DNA from: a virus
Lineage: Duplodnaviria; Heunggongvirae; Uroviricota; Caudoviricetes
Reading direction: 5' to 3' (one strand)
DNA: 45,982 bases
Virus record (IMG/VR): IMGVR_UViG_2627853872_000003
The notes below the pieces were generated by a model. The model searched no databases, was not told the origin of the DNA, and saw only the letters and a list, made by a program, of their open reading frames with translations. The position numbers were made by a program, and so were the translations under genes. Position 1 is the first letter of the stretch. The number at the start of each line of letters is the position of its first letter. Shown one piece after another: positions 26,143 through 35,940 of the stretch.

Positions 26143-26839
26143 AGCTGTTTCTGGGGGTAAGTTCGTCTGGCTCCCGATTGGGGTCGCGCTCAGCCAGATA
26201 GTTCTCGTACCACTCCCACGCGAACGAATTCTTCTCGTGCCGGTCAACGGTGGCGCTGGCGCTCCACGCCACCAAATCGGCCATTTGCACAAGTTGAGAG
26301 ACCTTCGAGTCAAGGTGGATCGCGTCTTCGATGATGCGGCGTTTGGCCAACTCCAGCTGCCGGTGCGTGGAACGGTAACTCGAGTCCTTGCCGTCCCCAT
26401 CCATGATCACCACGCCGAGTGACTCACGAATGTCTAATTCGTCCTCGAATCGCGCAATCAGATCGCTGTATAGATCACGCTTCGTGTCAGCGATTGTCTC
26501 AGGACTTCCCCAGCGATACACCGATCCGATCACCAAACCCTCAGTGCATCTGAGGGTTTCCAGACAACGCACCGCGACTTCGCGCCCGAAGTCCTTCCAG
26601 AATTCGACACCGTTGTGTAAGTGGCGATCCGGGATGTGCTTGGAGATGCGGCCGCGACCGTTCACGTACTCCGTAGTGTGCAGCTCCTCTTGCACTGCGA
26701 TCCGGTACTCACGCCACAGGAGCTTGCGGGTGTCGAGCCAGCACCGCAACACCGAGCGCCAGTGGTCCGGATGAAACTCGATCCAGCCGTAGACAGCCAA
26801 TCCCGACTGTGGGCGACCTGAGTCGTCCATATAGATCAT
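26141..26839 (-). CDS. DUF3800-like protein (RNase H-like fold)
   Basis: N-terminal YMDDSG, ELH, IMDG, C-terminal LVQMADLVAW. Confidence 0.8.
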   Translation of the reverse strand: MIYMDDSGRPQSGLAVYGWIEFHPDHWRSVLRCWLDTRKLLWREYRIAVQEELHTTEYVNGRGRISKHIPDRHLHNGVEFWKDFGREVAVRCLETLRCTEGLVIGSVYRWGSPETIADTKRDLYSDLIARFEDELDIRESLGVVIMDGDGKDSSYRSTHRQLELAKRRIIEDAIHLDSKVSQLVQMADLVAWSASATVDRHEKNSFAWEWYENYLAERDPNREPDELTPRNS

Positions 26840-27040
26840 GCGGTCGATATGCGCAGGCACGTGTCGATGATCTCTGGTGGCGCGATCAGTAGACGCAACG
26901 GCACGCCCCTGAGCATCCGTATTCGGGTCTTGTGCGAACCCCATGCGCCTGAATTGCGCACCGAGTGCGTGTCGCCACCGCTCTGGGCAGCTCCACGGAA
27001 CGATTGAGCTTCGACCACCGAAAGGAGCCACAACAACAAC

Positions 27041-27295
27041 ATGAACGCGAACGATCGTGAGATCAGCGCAGGTCTGGAGCTCATCGACAGCCTCGATCAC
27101 AGGGGTGGGCAGATGGCTGACATCGGACAACAGTTGATCAGCTGTATCCGGAAAATCACCGGGGGCGGTCTCATCGGCGAGTCCGCCAAGGGCGTCGCAT
27201 CCCTCGAGGTCACGATCAACGGCATCGCGCAAGCCGTGAGAGACACCAACCAGCAGGTAGTCAACCACCTGGAGTCAACGTGGACGCCGCGATGA
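27041..27295 (+). CDS. WXG100-like small helical protein
   Basis: 84 aa helix-turn-helix with central LIGESA. Confidence 0.5.
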   Translation: MNANDREISAGLELIDSLDHRGGQMADIGQQLISCIRKITGGGLIGESAKGVASLEVTINGIAQAVRDTNQQVVNHLESTWTPR

Positions 27296-27436
27296 CTTGT
27301 GCGGGTCCAGGGCGCTGATCCTCACCAAGCGGGGACGTGACACGAACTTGTGGGTCTGCGCATTTCCGCTGGTCAGCCGGTTGCGGCGTGATGAGATCCG
27401 ACGCACGAACACGCGTGCAGCTACCTGAAATGTGCG

Positions 27437-28291
27437 GTGACGTGCCACGATGTGTTTGTGGCAAAGAGATACCGGCTCGTTTGCGCGCTGGCTACCGCTG
27501 CTGCAGCGGTGTCAGCGTGCTCTACAGCCGTGTCCGGAACGCCGGTCTCTGATACACCAAATGCGCCAGCCGCCGGCGCCGCTGTTTCGGTTACACCCAG
27601 CGGGGTGACCACCCGCTGGATCGATGTGTCCGGACAGGGTGTCATCGTGAAGGACTCCCGCGGCGGCCAATTCGGCGCTCTCCCCTATCCGGGAACCGTC
27701 ATCGCCCAGCACCAAGACGACGGATCCACGAAAAGTTGCACACTCGGTCCCGCCGTTGCGGACAAGACCACGAAGCGGACCGGGTTTATCGGCGCCGGAC
27801 ACTGCGACAACTCCCCCGGCGGTCAAACCTTCGTCTTCGCAGACTCCGAAGGTGCTGAACCTGTCCCTGTTGGCGTGTACGCCAATTCCAAGGATGGGCC
27901 AACTCCGCTGGGCTACAGCGATTCAGCGGTGATTTGGTCCAAGATCCTGGATCCTCGGTCCACCCTCATTGCAGGCACCTGGCCAGTGGCTGGCGTCATG
28001 CCATCTAGCGACGTGCGCAAGCTGCGCGCAGGGACACCGATCTGCATCGACGGAGCAGTTTCCGGCGTCGTCTGCAGTCCGCTGATCGCGGCTGATGACT
28101 CATACATCCGCTCGGTGCCTATCACCCAGCACGGAGACAGCGGAGCTCCTGTGTTCGTCGTCGACGAGCAGAACCGCCACGCGACGCTGATCGGCATTGT
28201 CAGCGGCACCGAGAACGGCCAAGACGAATCGACCTTTCTCGAAGCTGAGCTGAGCAGGCTTGGCGCCACGGCACTCACCGCGACCCCTTAA
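27437..28291 (+). CDS. Lipoprotein trypsin-like (S1) serine protease (start uncertain)
   Basis: Lipobox VSA-C; AGHC, SDSAVI, GDSGAP catalytic triad motifs. Confidence 0.88.
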   Translation: MTCHDVFVAKRYRLVCALATAAAAVSACSTAVSGTPVSDTPNAPAAGAAVSVTPSGVTTRWIDVSGQGVIVKDSRGGQFGALPYPGTVIAQHQDDGSTKSCTLGPAVADKTTKRTGFIGAGHCDNSPGGQTFVFADSEGAEPVPVGVYANSKDGPTPLGYSDSAVIWSKILDPRSTLIAGTWPVAGVMPSSDVRKLRAGTPICIDGAVSGVVCSPLIAADDSYIRSVPITQHGDSGAPVFVVDEQNRHATLIGIVSGTENGQDESTFLEAELSRLGATALTATP

Positions 28292-28339
28292 TCCGCGCCG
28301 CAGCCTTCACCTGCGCATTTTCGCTGGCATCCTGAACCC

Positions 28340-29683
28340 ATGCCACAAACGACAGACAGCGGCTTCGATATGTCGTTCCTCGATAGCGGGGAGACCGCCG
28401 GGGTTTTGTCGGACATCGCCTCCGCGACAGACACGTGGAACACGCAGTTGGGTGCGCACATCGACGAGCTCGCGCAACTCTCCGACAGCGAGACAATCTC
28501 GGCGGCGATCAACCAACTAGGCAGGGCCCGTGAAGGACTCAGCGCCGGCGGTTACGCCCTGGCGGCCAGCAGCGCGGCGCTGGCGGCACAGAAGAGCGCC
28601 GATGATCACTGGCGCAGGGCTCCACAGGACGACGAGCTCGAAGAAGCACGCCGCGCCGTCACCGAAGCCAGCAAGGAGCTGTCGGCAGCTGCCGACAGCC
28701 AAGCGGCAATCGCGGCCGAAGCCAAACTGAAAGCCGCCATCGAGCATTCGCGTGACCTGAATGAGCGCCGCAGGCAAGCCGACAAGGATTTCGTCGACGC
28801 CTCCGGAAAGATTCAAGGGCGTCTACGCGAGTTCAACCCTGATGAGGGGAAGAACAAGAAACAGAAGGACAAGAAAGAGACAGGCGACCGTGGATATTCC
28901 ACCCCGGGCAAGAAGCCTGAGCTCAAGGCCAACGCCTCTCCTGCTCCGTCGAATCATCGCGCTCCTGCGACGCCCGGAGCGCCGGTTGCCGCTCCCCCCT
29001 CGCCGGGCGCATCTTCTGGATCCACCAGCTCCGGGTCGCCCGCGTCAGACGCCGCACTGACCGCGCTTCTGCAGCGCACCGGTCAGCTTCCGCCTGCCCA
29101 ACCGGCTCAGCAGCAGCCGCCGCAGCAACAGCCTCAAACTGCACCGGCCGCCGCGGCTGGACCGTCGTCAGCGCCTTCACCGGTCAGCAACCCAAAGAGC
29201 AAGGTAGAAGGTGCGATCAACGCCGACGACATTCCGGGCATCACCTCTGCACCTGTCCCCATAGCCATGGGACCTGCGGCCGGCCCTGCGCCCGCCGCGG
29301 CGGCATCGCCCGCCCCGGCACCTGCGACCAGCGGTAATTCCGCAGCGGACCTGTCCACCGACAGCAATGTCAGTGGCCGTCCCGACGGCCAGCGCGGCGC
29401 CTTCAATCAGCCCCACACGTCGGCCTCGGGAGCCACCGGCACCGCAACCGGCGCAGGAACCGGGACCAGCACCAGCCTGAATCAGAAAGGCATGCAGGCC
29501 GCGGGCATGCCCGCCACCGGTATGCCCATGGCCGGCATGCCGATGGCACCCGGGGCTGCTGGCGGCCGTGGCGGAACGGTCAAGCCGGTGCAAGCGCACC
29601 AGGACAGCAACGTCTACGAAGAGGGCGTTGTACGCGGCGGCACGATCGCGCAGAACCGCCCCGACTTCACCGAAAAGGGCTAG
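28340..29683 (+). CDS. ESX secretion-associated-like protein with helical N-terminus and Pro/Ala-rich tail
   Basis: Helical first ~170 aa; PPE/Esp-like GMPMAGMPMAPGAAGGRGG tail. Confidence 0.7.
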   Translation: MPQTTDSGFDMSFLDSGETAGVLSDIASATDTWNTQLGAHIDELAQLSDSETISAAINQLGRAREGLSAGGYALAASSAALAAQKSADDHWRRAPQDDELEEARRAVTEASKELSAAADSQAAIAAEAKLKAAIEHSRDLNERRRQADKDFVDASGKIQGRLREFNPDEGKNKKQKDKKETGDRGYSTPGKKPELKANASPAPSNHRAPATPGAPVAAPPSPGASSGSTSSGSPASDAALTALLQRTGQLPPAQPAQQQPPQQQPQTAPAAAAGPSSAPSPVSNPKSKVEGAINADDIPGITSAPVPIAMGPAAGPAPAAAASPAPAPATSGNSAADLSTDSNVSGRPDGQRGAFNQPHTSASGATGTATGAGTGTSTSLNQKGMQAAGMPATGMPMAGMPMAPGAAGGRGGTVKPVQAHQDSNVYEEGVVRGGTIAQNRPDFTEKG

Positions 29684-29796
29684 CCGGTCAACACACGAGG
29701 CTGAACTGCTGTGCGGGCTGTATCTCGCTCCAGGTCCTCGGTCTGTAACCCGAGCATCCCGGGGGCTTGATTTCGCCCTCGCCTGGCTCGAACTGG

Positions 29797-30426
29797 TCAG
29801 TGCGTGTGGGCGTCGAAAACCGCGCGGAGACGTTGAAGCGCTTCCTCCCTCTCGCCGGCCTCCTCATACCAGCCGTTCGCAACCTGTTCGGCGATTACAG
29901 CCTCAGGAGTGAACTCCCTCCCGAACAGGCAGTCGCCCACCGCGTAGTCGAACCCCACATCGCGGCTAAAGCCGGTGCCCCCGAAGAGGGCGATTCCGTT
30001 CCTCTCGCAGTAGGTCAACAGGCCGTCCGCTATGTGCCAGGAGGCGCCGTCGAACCAGAAAACACCACTGGCGTGCGGGAGCGTCTGGCCAGTGGACGTC
30101 TCCGTCACGTTGTGAAATTCGTAACTCTCCGGTCTGTTCGCCACGAGTGCCACCAACTCTGCGGGCACACCTCTGAACACTTCGAGCTGTGCGGCGTAGT
30201 CGCCGTCGTAGAAGTTCAGGGCGCTCTCGTGCTCATAGGTCAGCAAGAGAACCTTGCCGTCGTCAGCGAAGAACCAGCCCGACGATTGTCCACCGCCGTC
30301 GTTCCACGCGTACCGCGTGCCGCCCGGGACCTCGACCGATTCAATGTCATTCCACTGGTCAACGATCGCCGCCCGGCGACGCACCTCGTCGATCGGTGTC
30401 TGCTTAAGAGCCTCCCACGCACTCAT
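29797..30426 (-). CDS. Conserved-looking hypothetical protein
   Basis: WNDGGGQ..FFADDGKVLLLTYEHES; globular. Confidence 0.75.
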   Translation of the reverse strand: MSAWEALKQTPIDEVRRRAAIVDQWNDIESVEVPGGTRYAWNDGGGQSSGWFFADDGKVLLLTYEHESALNFYDGDYAAQLEVFRGVPAELVALVANRPESYEFHNVTETSTGQTLPHASGVFWFDGASWHIADGLLTYCERNGIALFGGTGFSRDVGFDYAVGDCLFGREFTPEAVIAEQVANGWYEEAGEREEALQRLRAVFDAHTH

Positions 30427-30664
30427 GCGCCGAATCCTGTCACAGGACTGCATCGCGATCGCCTTCGTGTTGGGTCGCAACACCGTCGCCCATTCCCGGC
30501 CCTGGTCTGACTGGGCCCCGGTCTACCCGCCGGATCGTCAGACGAGTCCCACTGCCCCCAACTGCGCCACCGGCAACACCCCTTGACCCCACCCCCAGCC
30601 GCCGTCCGAAGCAGCCTCGCGGACCCGGTAGGGTTTTTACACACAGGTCCCCCGCCCCGCCCCC

Positions 30665-30737
30665 GCCCTCGTAGCTCAGGGGATAGAGCACGGCTCTCCT
30701 AAAGCCGGTGTCGCAGGTTCGAATCCTGCCGAGGGCA
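30665..30737 (+). tRNA. tRNA-Arg(CCT), stand-alone canonical copy
   Basis: Flawless cloverleaf; loop CT-CCT-AA. Confidence 0.95.
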
Positions 30738-30755
30738 CAAGACTTTCAGGGCACC

Positions 30756-30797
30756 AAAAAGAACCACCCCGCAGCGCGGGAGCGCATACGGGGCGGT
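30756..30797 (-). terminator. Intrinsic terminator of the ESX-substrate operon
   Basis: GC-rich hairpin followed by TCTTTTT on the minus strand, 30 nt after the 30828 stop. Confidence 0.6.
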
Positions 30798-30827
30798 ACC
30801 TGTGGATAGGCGTGGCGCGCCGGGTGT

Positions 30828-31142
30828 CTAGATGGCTGCGATGGCCGCGGAACCAGCTGTGCCGAGCGCCTCGAAGGCGACGTTCTCGGTGGTGGTCTCC
30901 GCTGCCCGTTCGCCGAGCTGCTCGATGCCGGCGCCAAGCATGGCGATGAATTCCGCTGTGGTGGCCGCGTTCTGCGCGGTGGCTTGCACAGAGTCGGCGT
31001 CATTGCCCGGCGGCGTGCAGGCCGCGGCGATTGCTGTTGCGGATGACGACGCAGCGGTGAATCCGGTGGTCTCGGCGACCAGGCCGCCGACCTGGCCGAC
31101 CACGTCGGCGAAGCTGCTCACTCCGGTGATTGCACTGGTCAT
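30828..31142 (-). CDS. PE-like ESX substrate
   Basis: 104 aa, Ala-rich, PPGNDADS..A..NAA resembles the PE-domain P.xDEVS segment; AGGAG RBS. Confidence 0.6.
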   Translation of the reverse strand: MTSAITGVSSFADVVGQVGGLVAETTGFTAASSSATAIAAACTPPGNDADSVQATAQNAATTAEFIAMLGAGIEQLGERAAETTTENVAFEALGTAGSAAIAAI

Positions 31143-31281
31143 GGTTGGTATCTCCTGCTGTCGGCGAATAGATGCTTGCTGCCATTCTGGCACGGTAAAA
31201 CCGGCATGACTACCGGCAAAATATGGCTTCTGGAGCGAGTAGTCGCACGTTCGGTGCTGAAAACGTGTATGCCACAGACAT

Positions 31282-31464
31282 TCAATTGGCTCGAATTCGA
31301 GGCGATTCCAGGCTCAACGGCTTACCGGACTCACCATCTTCGGTCATGAAATAGATCGAGGACATGATGTTTGCTGCTAGCTCCGCACCGGTACGTTCGA
31401 CCACTGGGCCACTCAAACGCACCAGCGGCCGGCCACCGATGACATGGACGTTGACCTGTGTCAT
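31282..31464 (-). CDS. Small hypothetical protein
   Basis: ATGA overlap with the upstream stop. Confidence 0.5.
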   Translation of the reverse strand: MTQVNVHVIGGRPLVRLSGPVVERTGAELAANIMSSIYFMTEDGESGKPLSLESPRIRAN

Positions 31465-33506
31465 CGCTGCACCTGCGCAGGCACAGGTACGCGCAGCGCA
31501 TTGCGCAGCATGTACCGGGCGCTGTCGATATCTCCGACTTCCTTGTCGGCGATCGCCGCTGCCAGCAAGAAATGCACCCAGGCTTCTGACCGCTCGGGGT
31601 TCCCGAACTCCCCTGACCAGCGCTGCTGCCAGACGTGATCCTCGAGCCAGGTCGCGGTCGCCCGTGGAGCACCCCACAGCCTGACCAGGTACTCGATTAC
31701 CGCGTCGACGTCTTCGGTGTCGATTGCGTCGACCTCGGAGCGCGCTTGCGAACCGGGAATAACGTTCACCTCGGCCAGCTCTTGAGCGCCCAATACCAGC
31801 ACGTCAGGCTGCTGCGACGCGGACGGGTCCGAGCTGACTACCGAGTCGAATGGTGCCACCAGCCCCAGGGCGACCGCATCGAGCAACGGGCGCCACGGTT
31901 GATCGCAACCCAGCCAGCGCTGCACGAAAGAGTCGGGAACCAGGGTGATCAGTGGAGTCAGATTCGGCTGCGCTTTGATGCCGCGCGACAGGAAACCCAA
32001 ACCGTCGCTGGTGACGAACACAGCTTGTGAGGCGCTGATCCCGACAGCGACGTTCGTCAGCACACCGGCCCGCTGATGCATGCGGATCAAACCCGCGGTG
32101 ATGGATGCGGCGACGTGCTGTAGGTCTGTCGCATGCGCCAGTCCGCGGGCCTCGGTGCCGAAGTCGCGCAGCTCGTCGTCGGGGGCGCTCAAGTCGGGCC
32201 GGAACGCCTTCCCTTTGGACCGCTCGGCGACCGCCGCGGCCCAAGACCCGCCCGCACCTGCGGACGGTGCAGCAGCTGCAGGCGGCATCCCGACCATGGG
32301 CATCATCGGCGTGCCCGGTGCAGCGGCGGCCGCGACCGGGGTGTGCCCGTTCGGTGTGAGCGTCGAGCTGGCGGCTCCAGCGTCACCTGATGAGGCGTGC
32401 GTCTGCGCGGATGGAGTCAGCGTGTCGGGCCCCGTGGCCGCTTCTCCAGATGAGGCTGTGGTGGTGGGAGATACCGCGGCCGGGGCCGCCGTTGTCGCGG
32501 GAGTGGTCGGCGGGTTGTGCGGCTTGCCGTCGGGCCCGGTCTCTGATTCCGGAGCGCTCGGCGCCAAGTGGCGGCCAGTTTCGTTGGCCACACTCTTGGC
32601 TCCGAGACCGGCTGGGCCACCCAGGTGCGTACCCGATCCTGATTCTGTCCCGGGCAGGTCGGCGCGGCGGGCGTTGGACAGCGAAGCGCCCTGGCCGGCC
32701 AGCCCAGCGTTTGTCGTGAGCTTCTTGAGGGCATCCTCGGTGATCGGGACTCCCTGGCCCTTGCCCTTCATCAGTTCCTGGATCGCCTGCTGCGCCGATT
32801 GCACTGCGGGCTGCGCCATCTGGCCGATATTGGGCATCTGCATGTTCGGCGGCTTCATCATCTGGCCGGCCACGTTCTGCAGCATTGACCCCAGAGCACC
32901 GTCGGGCATACCGGGAACGCTGGGATTCGAGCTCGATGTTGGCGCCATCGTTGACGGAATCTCCGGCGCCGCGCCTTTCTGCACACCGGCCACCAGTTGA
33001 TCCTGGGTCGACTTGTGGTTCTTACCCAGGGTGTTGGCCTGATCCTTGGCTTGCTGCAGCAGTTCGTCGTACTTCTGCTGGAACTCGGCCTGGTTCTTGG
33101 GCGAGGTGGGCCCACCCGAGCTTGCGTAGGAGGCAATCAGCTCTTCTACTGCGGCTTCGAAGTTGACCACCGTGCCGTTGAGTTGCACCTTGGTGTTCAA
33201 GATGTCCTGGGCCATGACGCTGACGCCTTGTCCCATGTTCAGTTGCTTGAGCGCACGGTCGAAGTTCGCACGCTGGTCCTCGGTGAAGTCTTCCAGCAGT
33301 GCTGTGGGCGTCTCACCGGTGGCGTTGGCCTCGATGAGCGCGAACATCGTGGAGGCTGTGTCCGAGGTACCCACCGACTTGGCCGACTCCTGAAACAGCT
33401 CGAGCACCTTCTGCGCCGTCATGGACTCCGAGGTGACCGGGTAGTTGGACCCGATGATCTCCGCTGCGTGCGGAGTGGTTACCGGTGGCATGTCAGGCGT
33501 TGTCAC
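31461..33506 (-). CDS. EspK-like ESX secretion-associated protein
   Basis: Helical N-terminal domain, Pro/Ala/Thr linker, C-terminal VFVTSDGLGFL..P..LITL domain. Confidence 0.7.
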   Translation of the reverse strand: MTTPDMPPVTTPHAAEIIGSNYPVTSESMTAQKVLELFQESAKSVGTSDTASTMFALIEANATGETPTALLEDFTEDQRANFDRALKQLNMGQGVSVMAQDILNTKVQLNGTVVNFEAAVEELIASYASSGGPTSPKNQAEFQQKYDELLQQAKDQANTLGKNHKSTQDQLVAGVQKGAAPEIPSTMAPTSSSNPSVPGMPDGALGSMLQNVAGQMMKPPNMQMPNIGQMAQPAVQSAQQAIQELMKGKGQGVPITEDALKKLTTNAGLAGQGASLSNARRADLPGTESGSGTHLGGPAGLGAKSVANETGRHLAPSAPESETGPDGKPHNPPTTPATTAAPAAVSPTTTASSGEAATGPDTLTPSAQTHASSGDAGAASSTLTPNGHTPVAAAAAPGTPMMPMVGMPPAAAAPSAGAGGSWAAAVAERSKGKAFRPDLSAPDDELRDFGTEARGLAHATDLQHVAASITAGLIRMHQRAGVLTNVAVGISASQAVFVTSDGLGFLSRGIKAQPNLTPLITLVPDSFVQRWLGCDQPWRPLLDAVALGLVAPFDSVVSSDPSASQQPDVLVLGAQELAEVNVIPGSQARSEVDAIDTEDVDAVIEYLVRLWGAPRATATWLEDHVWQQRWSGEFGNPERSEAWVHFLLAAAIADKEVGDIDSARYMLRNALRVPVPAQVQR

Positions 33507-33588
33507 GAGAAGGTCCTTTCGCTGGTGCGGTGGCGACGATGATCACCGGAAGACAACGTGATAGCCCGCGCAGGCGCGAGAAGTCGGA

Positions 33589-34545
33589 TCATGCGGCGTC
33601 AATGACCCGCACGAACTGCGAGCCCGGCGTCACGTTCGAGAACATGACGTTGGTGCCGGATCTCTGTGCCTCGACGACCATGCCGTCACCGACGTAAACC
33701 TGGACGTGCTTGCTCGGGTCCGTGGGGTAGGCAAGGTCACCGATCTCGGGCTCACTGACCAGCTGTCCCGCCCCGTACTGGTCGCCGGATACGCGCGGGA
33801 TTTCCACCCCGCCGGACGCCTGATAGATCAGGAAGCGAGCCAAAGCGGAGCAGTCGAATCCCGTCTTGAGGTAGTCACCGGCGGCGTTGGCCGCCGCATC
33901 AGAGGTGTTGCCTGAACATGTCGGTCCGTTGAGGTCGCCTGAGCCCCACGAATAGGGAACACCGGCCGCCACAACTTGTTTGGCCAGATCGATGATGTTC
34001 TGCTGGAACTGGTTCTTCCCAACACTGGTTGGGCTTCCATGCCCAGAGCCACCCGGAATCGACAGTCCCTTGCCTGCGCCAGATCCCACGGCGCTTTCTG
34101 AGTTGCCGTTGAGCACATTCGATATCGCGTTCTTGAGGGTGGGGTCCGACAGCGACGAGGGAACCCCCTGGCCAGCGGATGACGCTGGGACCTGCGGCAT
34201 CTGGGGCATGCCCTGCCCCATCTGACCAGCGGAGCCGAGTAGTCCAGAAGCCATCTGCCCCAGCGCCGGCAGCACACTGGCACCCATGCCGGAGATCTCG
34301 GAGGACCCGTTCTTGTCGATCGCGGTCTTACCCGCCGAATCCTTCTTGGTCTTCCCGATTCCGTCGCCGACCTTATGCACGCCGCGCTTGGTCTGTTCGG
34401 AAGTGTCGTCGACGGCGGTGGACAGGCGGGGATCAACCATTCCCGGCATCGGTTTGCCGTCAAGGCCTGTCGGCAACCCTTGCTGTGCTTGATCGCTCGC
34501 TGACTGAATGAGTCCGTCATCGGTGCTAATCGATGGTGTGGTCAT
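33589..34545 (-). CDS. NlpC/P60 peptidoglycan endopeptidase
   Basis: VPYSWGSG, GFDCSAL, IPRVSGDQY, GDL, HVQVYVGDGMVVEA. Confidence 0.92.
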   Translation of the reverse strand: MTTPSISTDDGLIQSASDQAQQGLPTGLDGKPMPGMVDPRLSTAVDDTSEQTKRGVHKVGDGIGKTKKDSAGKTAIDKNGSSEISGMGASVLPALGQMASGLLGSAGQMGQGMPQMPQVPASSAGQGVPSSLSDPTLKNAISNVLNGNSESAVGSGAGKGLSIPGGSGHGSPTSVGKNQFQQNIIDLAKQVVAAGVPYSWGSGDLNGPTCSGNTSDAAANAAGDYLKTGFDCSALARFLIYQASGGVEIPRVSGDQYGAGQLVSEPEIGDLAYPTDPSKHVQVYVGDGMVVEAQRSGTNVMFSNVTPGSQFVRVIDAA

Positions 34546-34550
34546 GGCCG

Positions 34551-34913
34551 CTAGGCCTCCTTCACCTTCGCAGCGCCGTGGCTGTCGATCGCGGAAAGCC
34601 CAGAAACGAGGGACTCAAGATCGCTGATCACGTTGCCCAGCGAGGTATTGGCGGCGCCGATCTGTTCGTCGGCCTTCGAAACCGTCGTTCCCACCGTGCT
34701 GAGTGTGTCGTTGTAGACGGGGGCGATGAGTGTGCCGGTCGTGGTCCCAGAGGAGGTCACGCCCCTACTCGCTTCGGCATGGAGTGCCTCTGTGGCCCTC
34801 TTTCCCTCGGCGCTCTTGGCGTCGATCTCGCTGCGGATCGAAGCCAGCTTGTCGAGCATCTGGCGGAATCTGTCGGTGTCCTTGATCGAGACCGAGGCGT
34901 TGGTGGGTGTCAT
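34551..34913 (-). CDS. WXG100-like ESX substrate (APVY turn)
   Basis: 120 aa helical hairpin; C-terminal LxxxDxxGxxxV. Confidence 0.65.
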   Translation of the reverse strand: MTPTNASVSIKDTDRFRQMLDKLASIRSEIDAKSAEGKRATEALHAEASRGVTSSGTTTGTLIAPVYNDTLSTVGTTVSKADEQIGAANTSLGNVISDLESLVSGLSAIDSHGAAKVKEA

Positions 34914-34936
34914 GGGTGGTGTTCCTCTCCTGCGGC

Positions 34937-35272
34937 CTAGGCCTTGGCGATGTCTTTGGCTGCTGCGGCGTCTGCGCCGGTGATCTTGGTGAACTTTTCG
35001 GTCATGGTTTTCGCGCATCCGTCCGCGGAGCCACAGACAGCGGTAATTGCCGACGACGCCGCGGTATGCCAGGAACCCAACGCATCGAGCAGCGCGTGAT
35101 AGATCGGCGCCGGCTCTCCGTTGGTGGTCAGCGATTTGGCCTCTTCACGAGCCTTGGTGACGATGGCCTCAAGCTTGGGACCGAACGTACGCAGATTAGC
35201 CACCTCCTGCTCGATCGCCTCAACCTTCTTCGGAAAAGCGTCGCGGTCCGCGATGGTGATGTTGTCGCTCAC
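34937..35272 (-). CDS. WXG100-like ESX substrate (APIY turn)
   Basis: 111 aa helical hairpin; C-terminal IxxxDxxAxxxI; AGGAG RBS. Confidence 0.7.
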   Translation of the reverse strand: MSDNITIADRDAFPKKVEAIEQEVANLRTFGPKLEAIVTKAREEAKSLTTNGEPAPIYHALLDALGSWHTAASSAITAVCGSADGCAKTMTEKFTKITGADAAAAKDIAKA

Positions 35273-35505
35273 TTCTCTCCTTAAGCCAGGGCGTATCTCT
35301 TCGATGCACTATTTGTTGCCTGCCCCACCCAACATGCAGGTTAATGAGCAACATGTGCCCGCATTTTAGGGCCAATTAGCGCATCAACCAGGGCCCGAAC
35401 ACGATGAAGCGCAGATTTGCCACTCCGGGGATCAACAACCGTTCAGAGGAGATCGGCCTGTAGCCAGCCAATGTCACGTCCCCGCTAGCCCGGAAACCGA
35501 CAGGA

Positions 35506-35640
35506 TCACCAGCCGATGCAGACACGCTCATTGGTTTCCGGCGACTCTGCGCTTCCCTGTTCCGGCGCGCGGTGGCGACCGGTGTACTCCTCGATTTCAG
35601 GGGCAGCTTCTACGTCCAGCGGTGCATTCCGGTCAAACAT
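35506..35640 (-). CDS. 44-aa small protein (not in ORF track)
   Basis: AGGAGG RBS; MFDRNAPLDVEAAPEIEEYTGRHRAPEQ.. Confidence 0.45.
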   Translation of the reverse strand: MFDRNAPLDVEAAPEIEEYTGRHRAPEQGSAESPETNERVCIGW

Positions 35641-35940
35641 GGGGCCTCCTGGGGAATTGTCGGTGCAACTGGAGCAGCGTGCGCCGCGGAGCAGCTACAT
35701 GGCGTGCCGGACACGTCTATCGACGAGGCGACCGCGCACCCTCGTCGTACGAAGGCAGGCACAGGGCTTCGGATTTCACGAGATGCACACAAGCCCCACC
35801 GGACATTCAGCGAACGCGGTGTTCGTGAAAAGGTCATCCGACACAGGCAGTGGCGACAGGAGCACTCCGGCGACGCCTGAGCACACGAGCGATCAGCGTT
35901 GAACCAATGCTGACCAATGCCCCAGCCTCGTAGGCTGGAA

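Noticed and set aside
26840-27268. N-terminal extension of the DUF3800-like ORF
   Set aside because: Overlaps the plus-strand WXG-like gene; the family motif starts at MIYMDDSG (26839)
29767-33542. Plus-strand ORFs antisense to the ESX-substrate genes (e.g. 29767..30510, 32080..33000)
   Set aside because: Antisense shadows of GC-rich minus-strand genes
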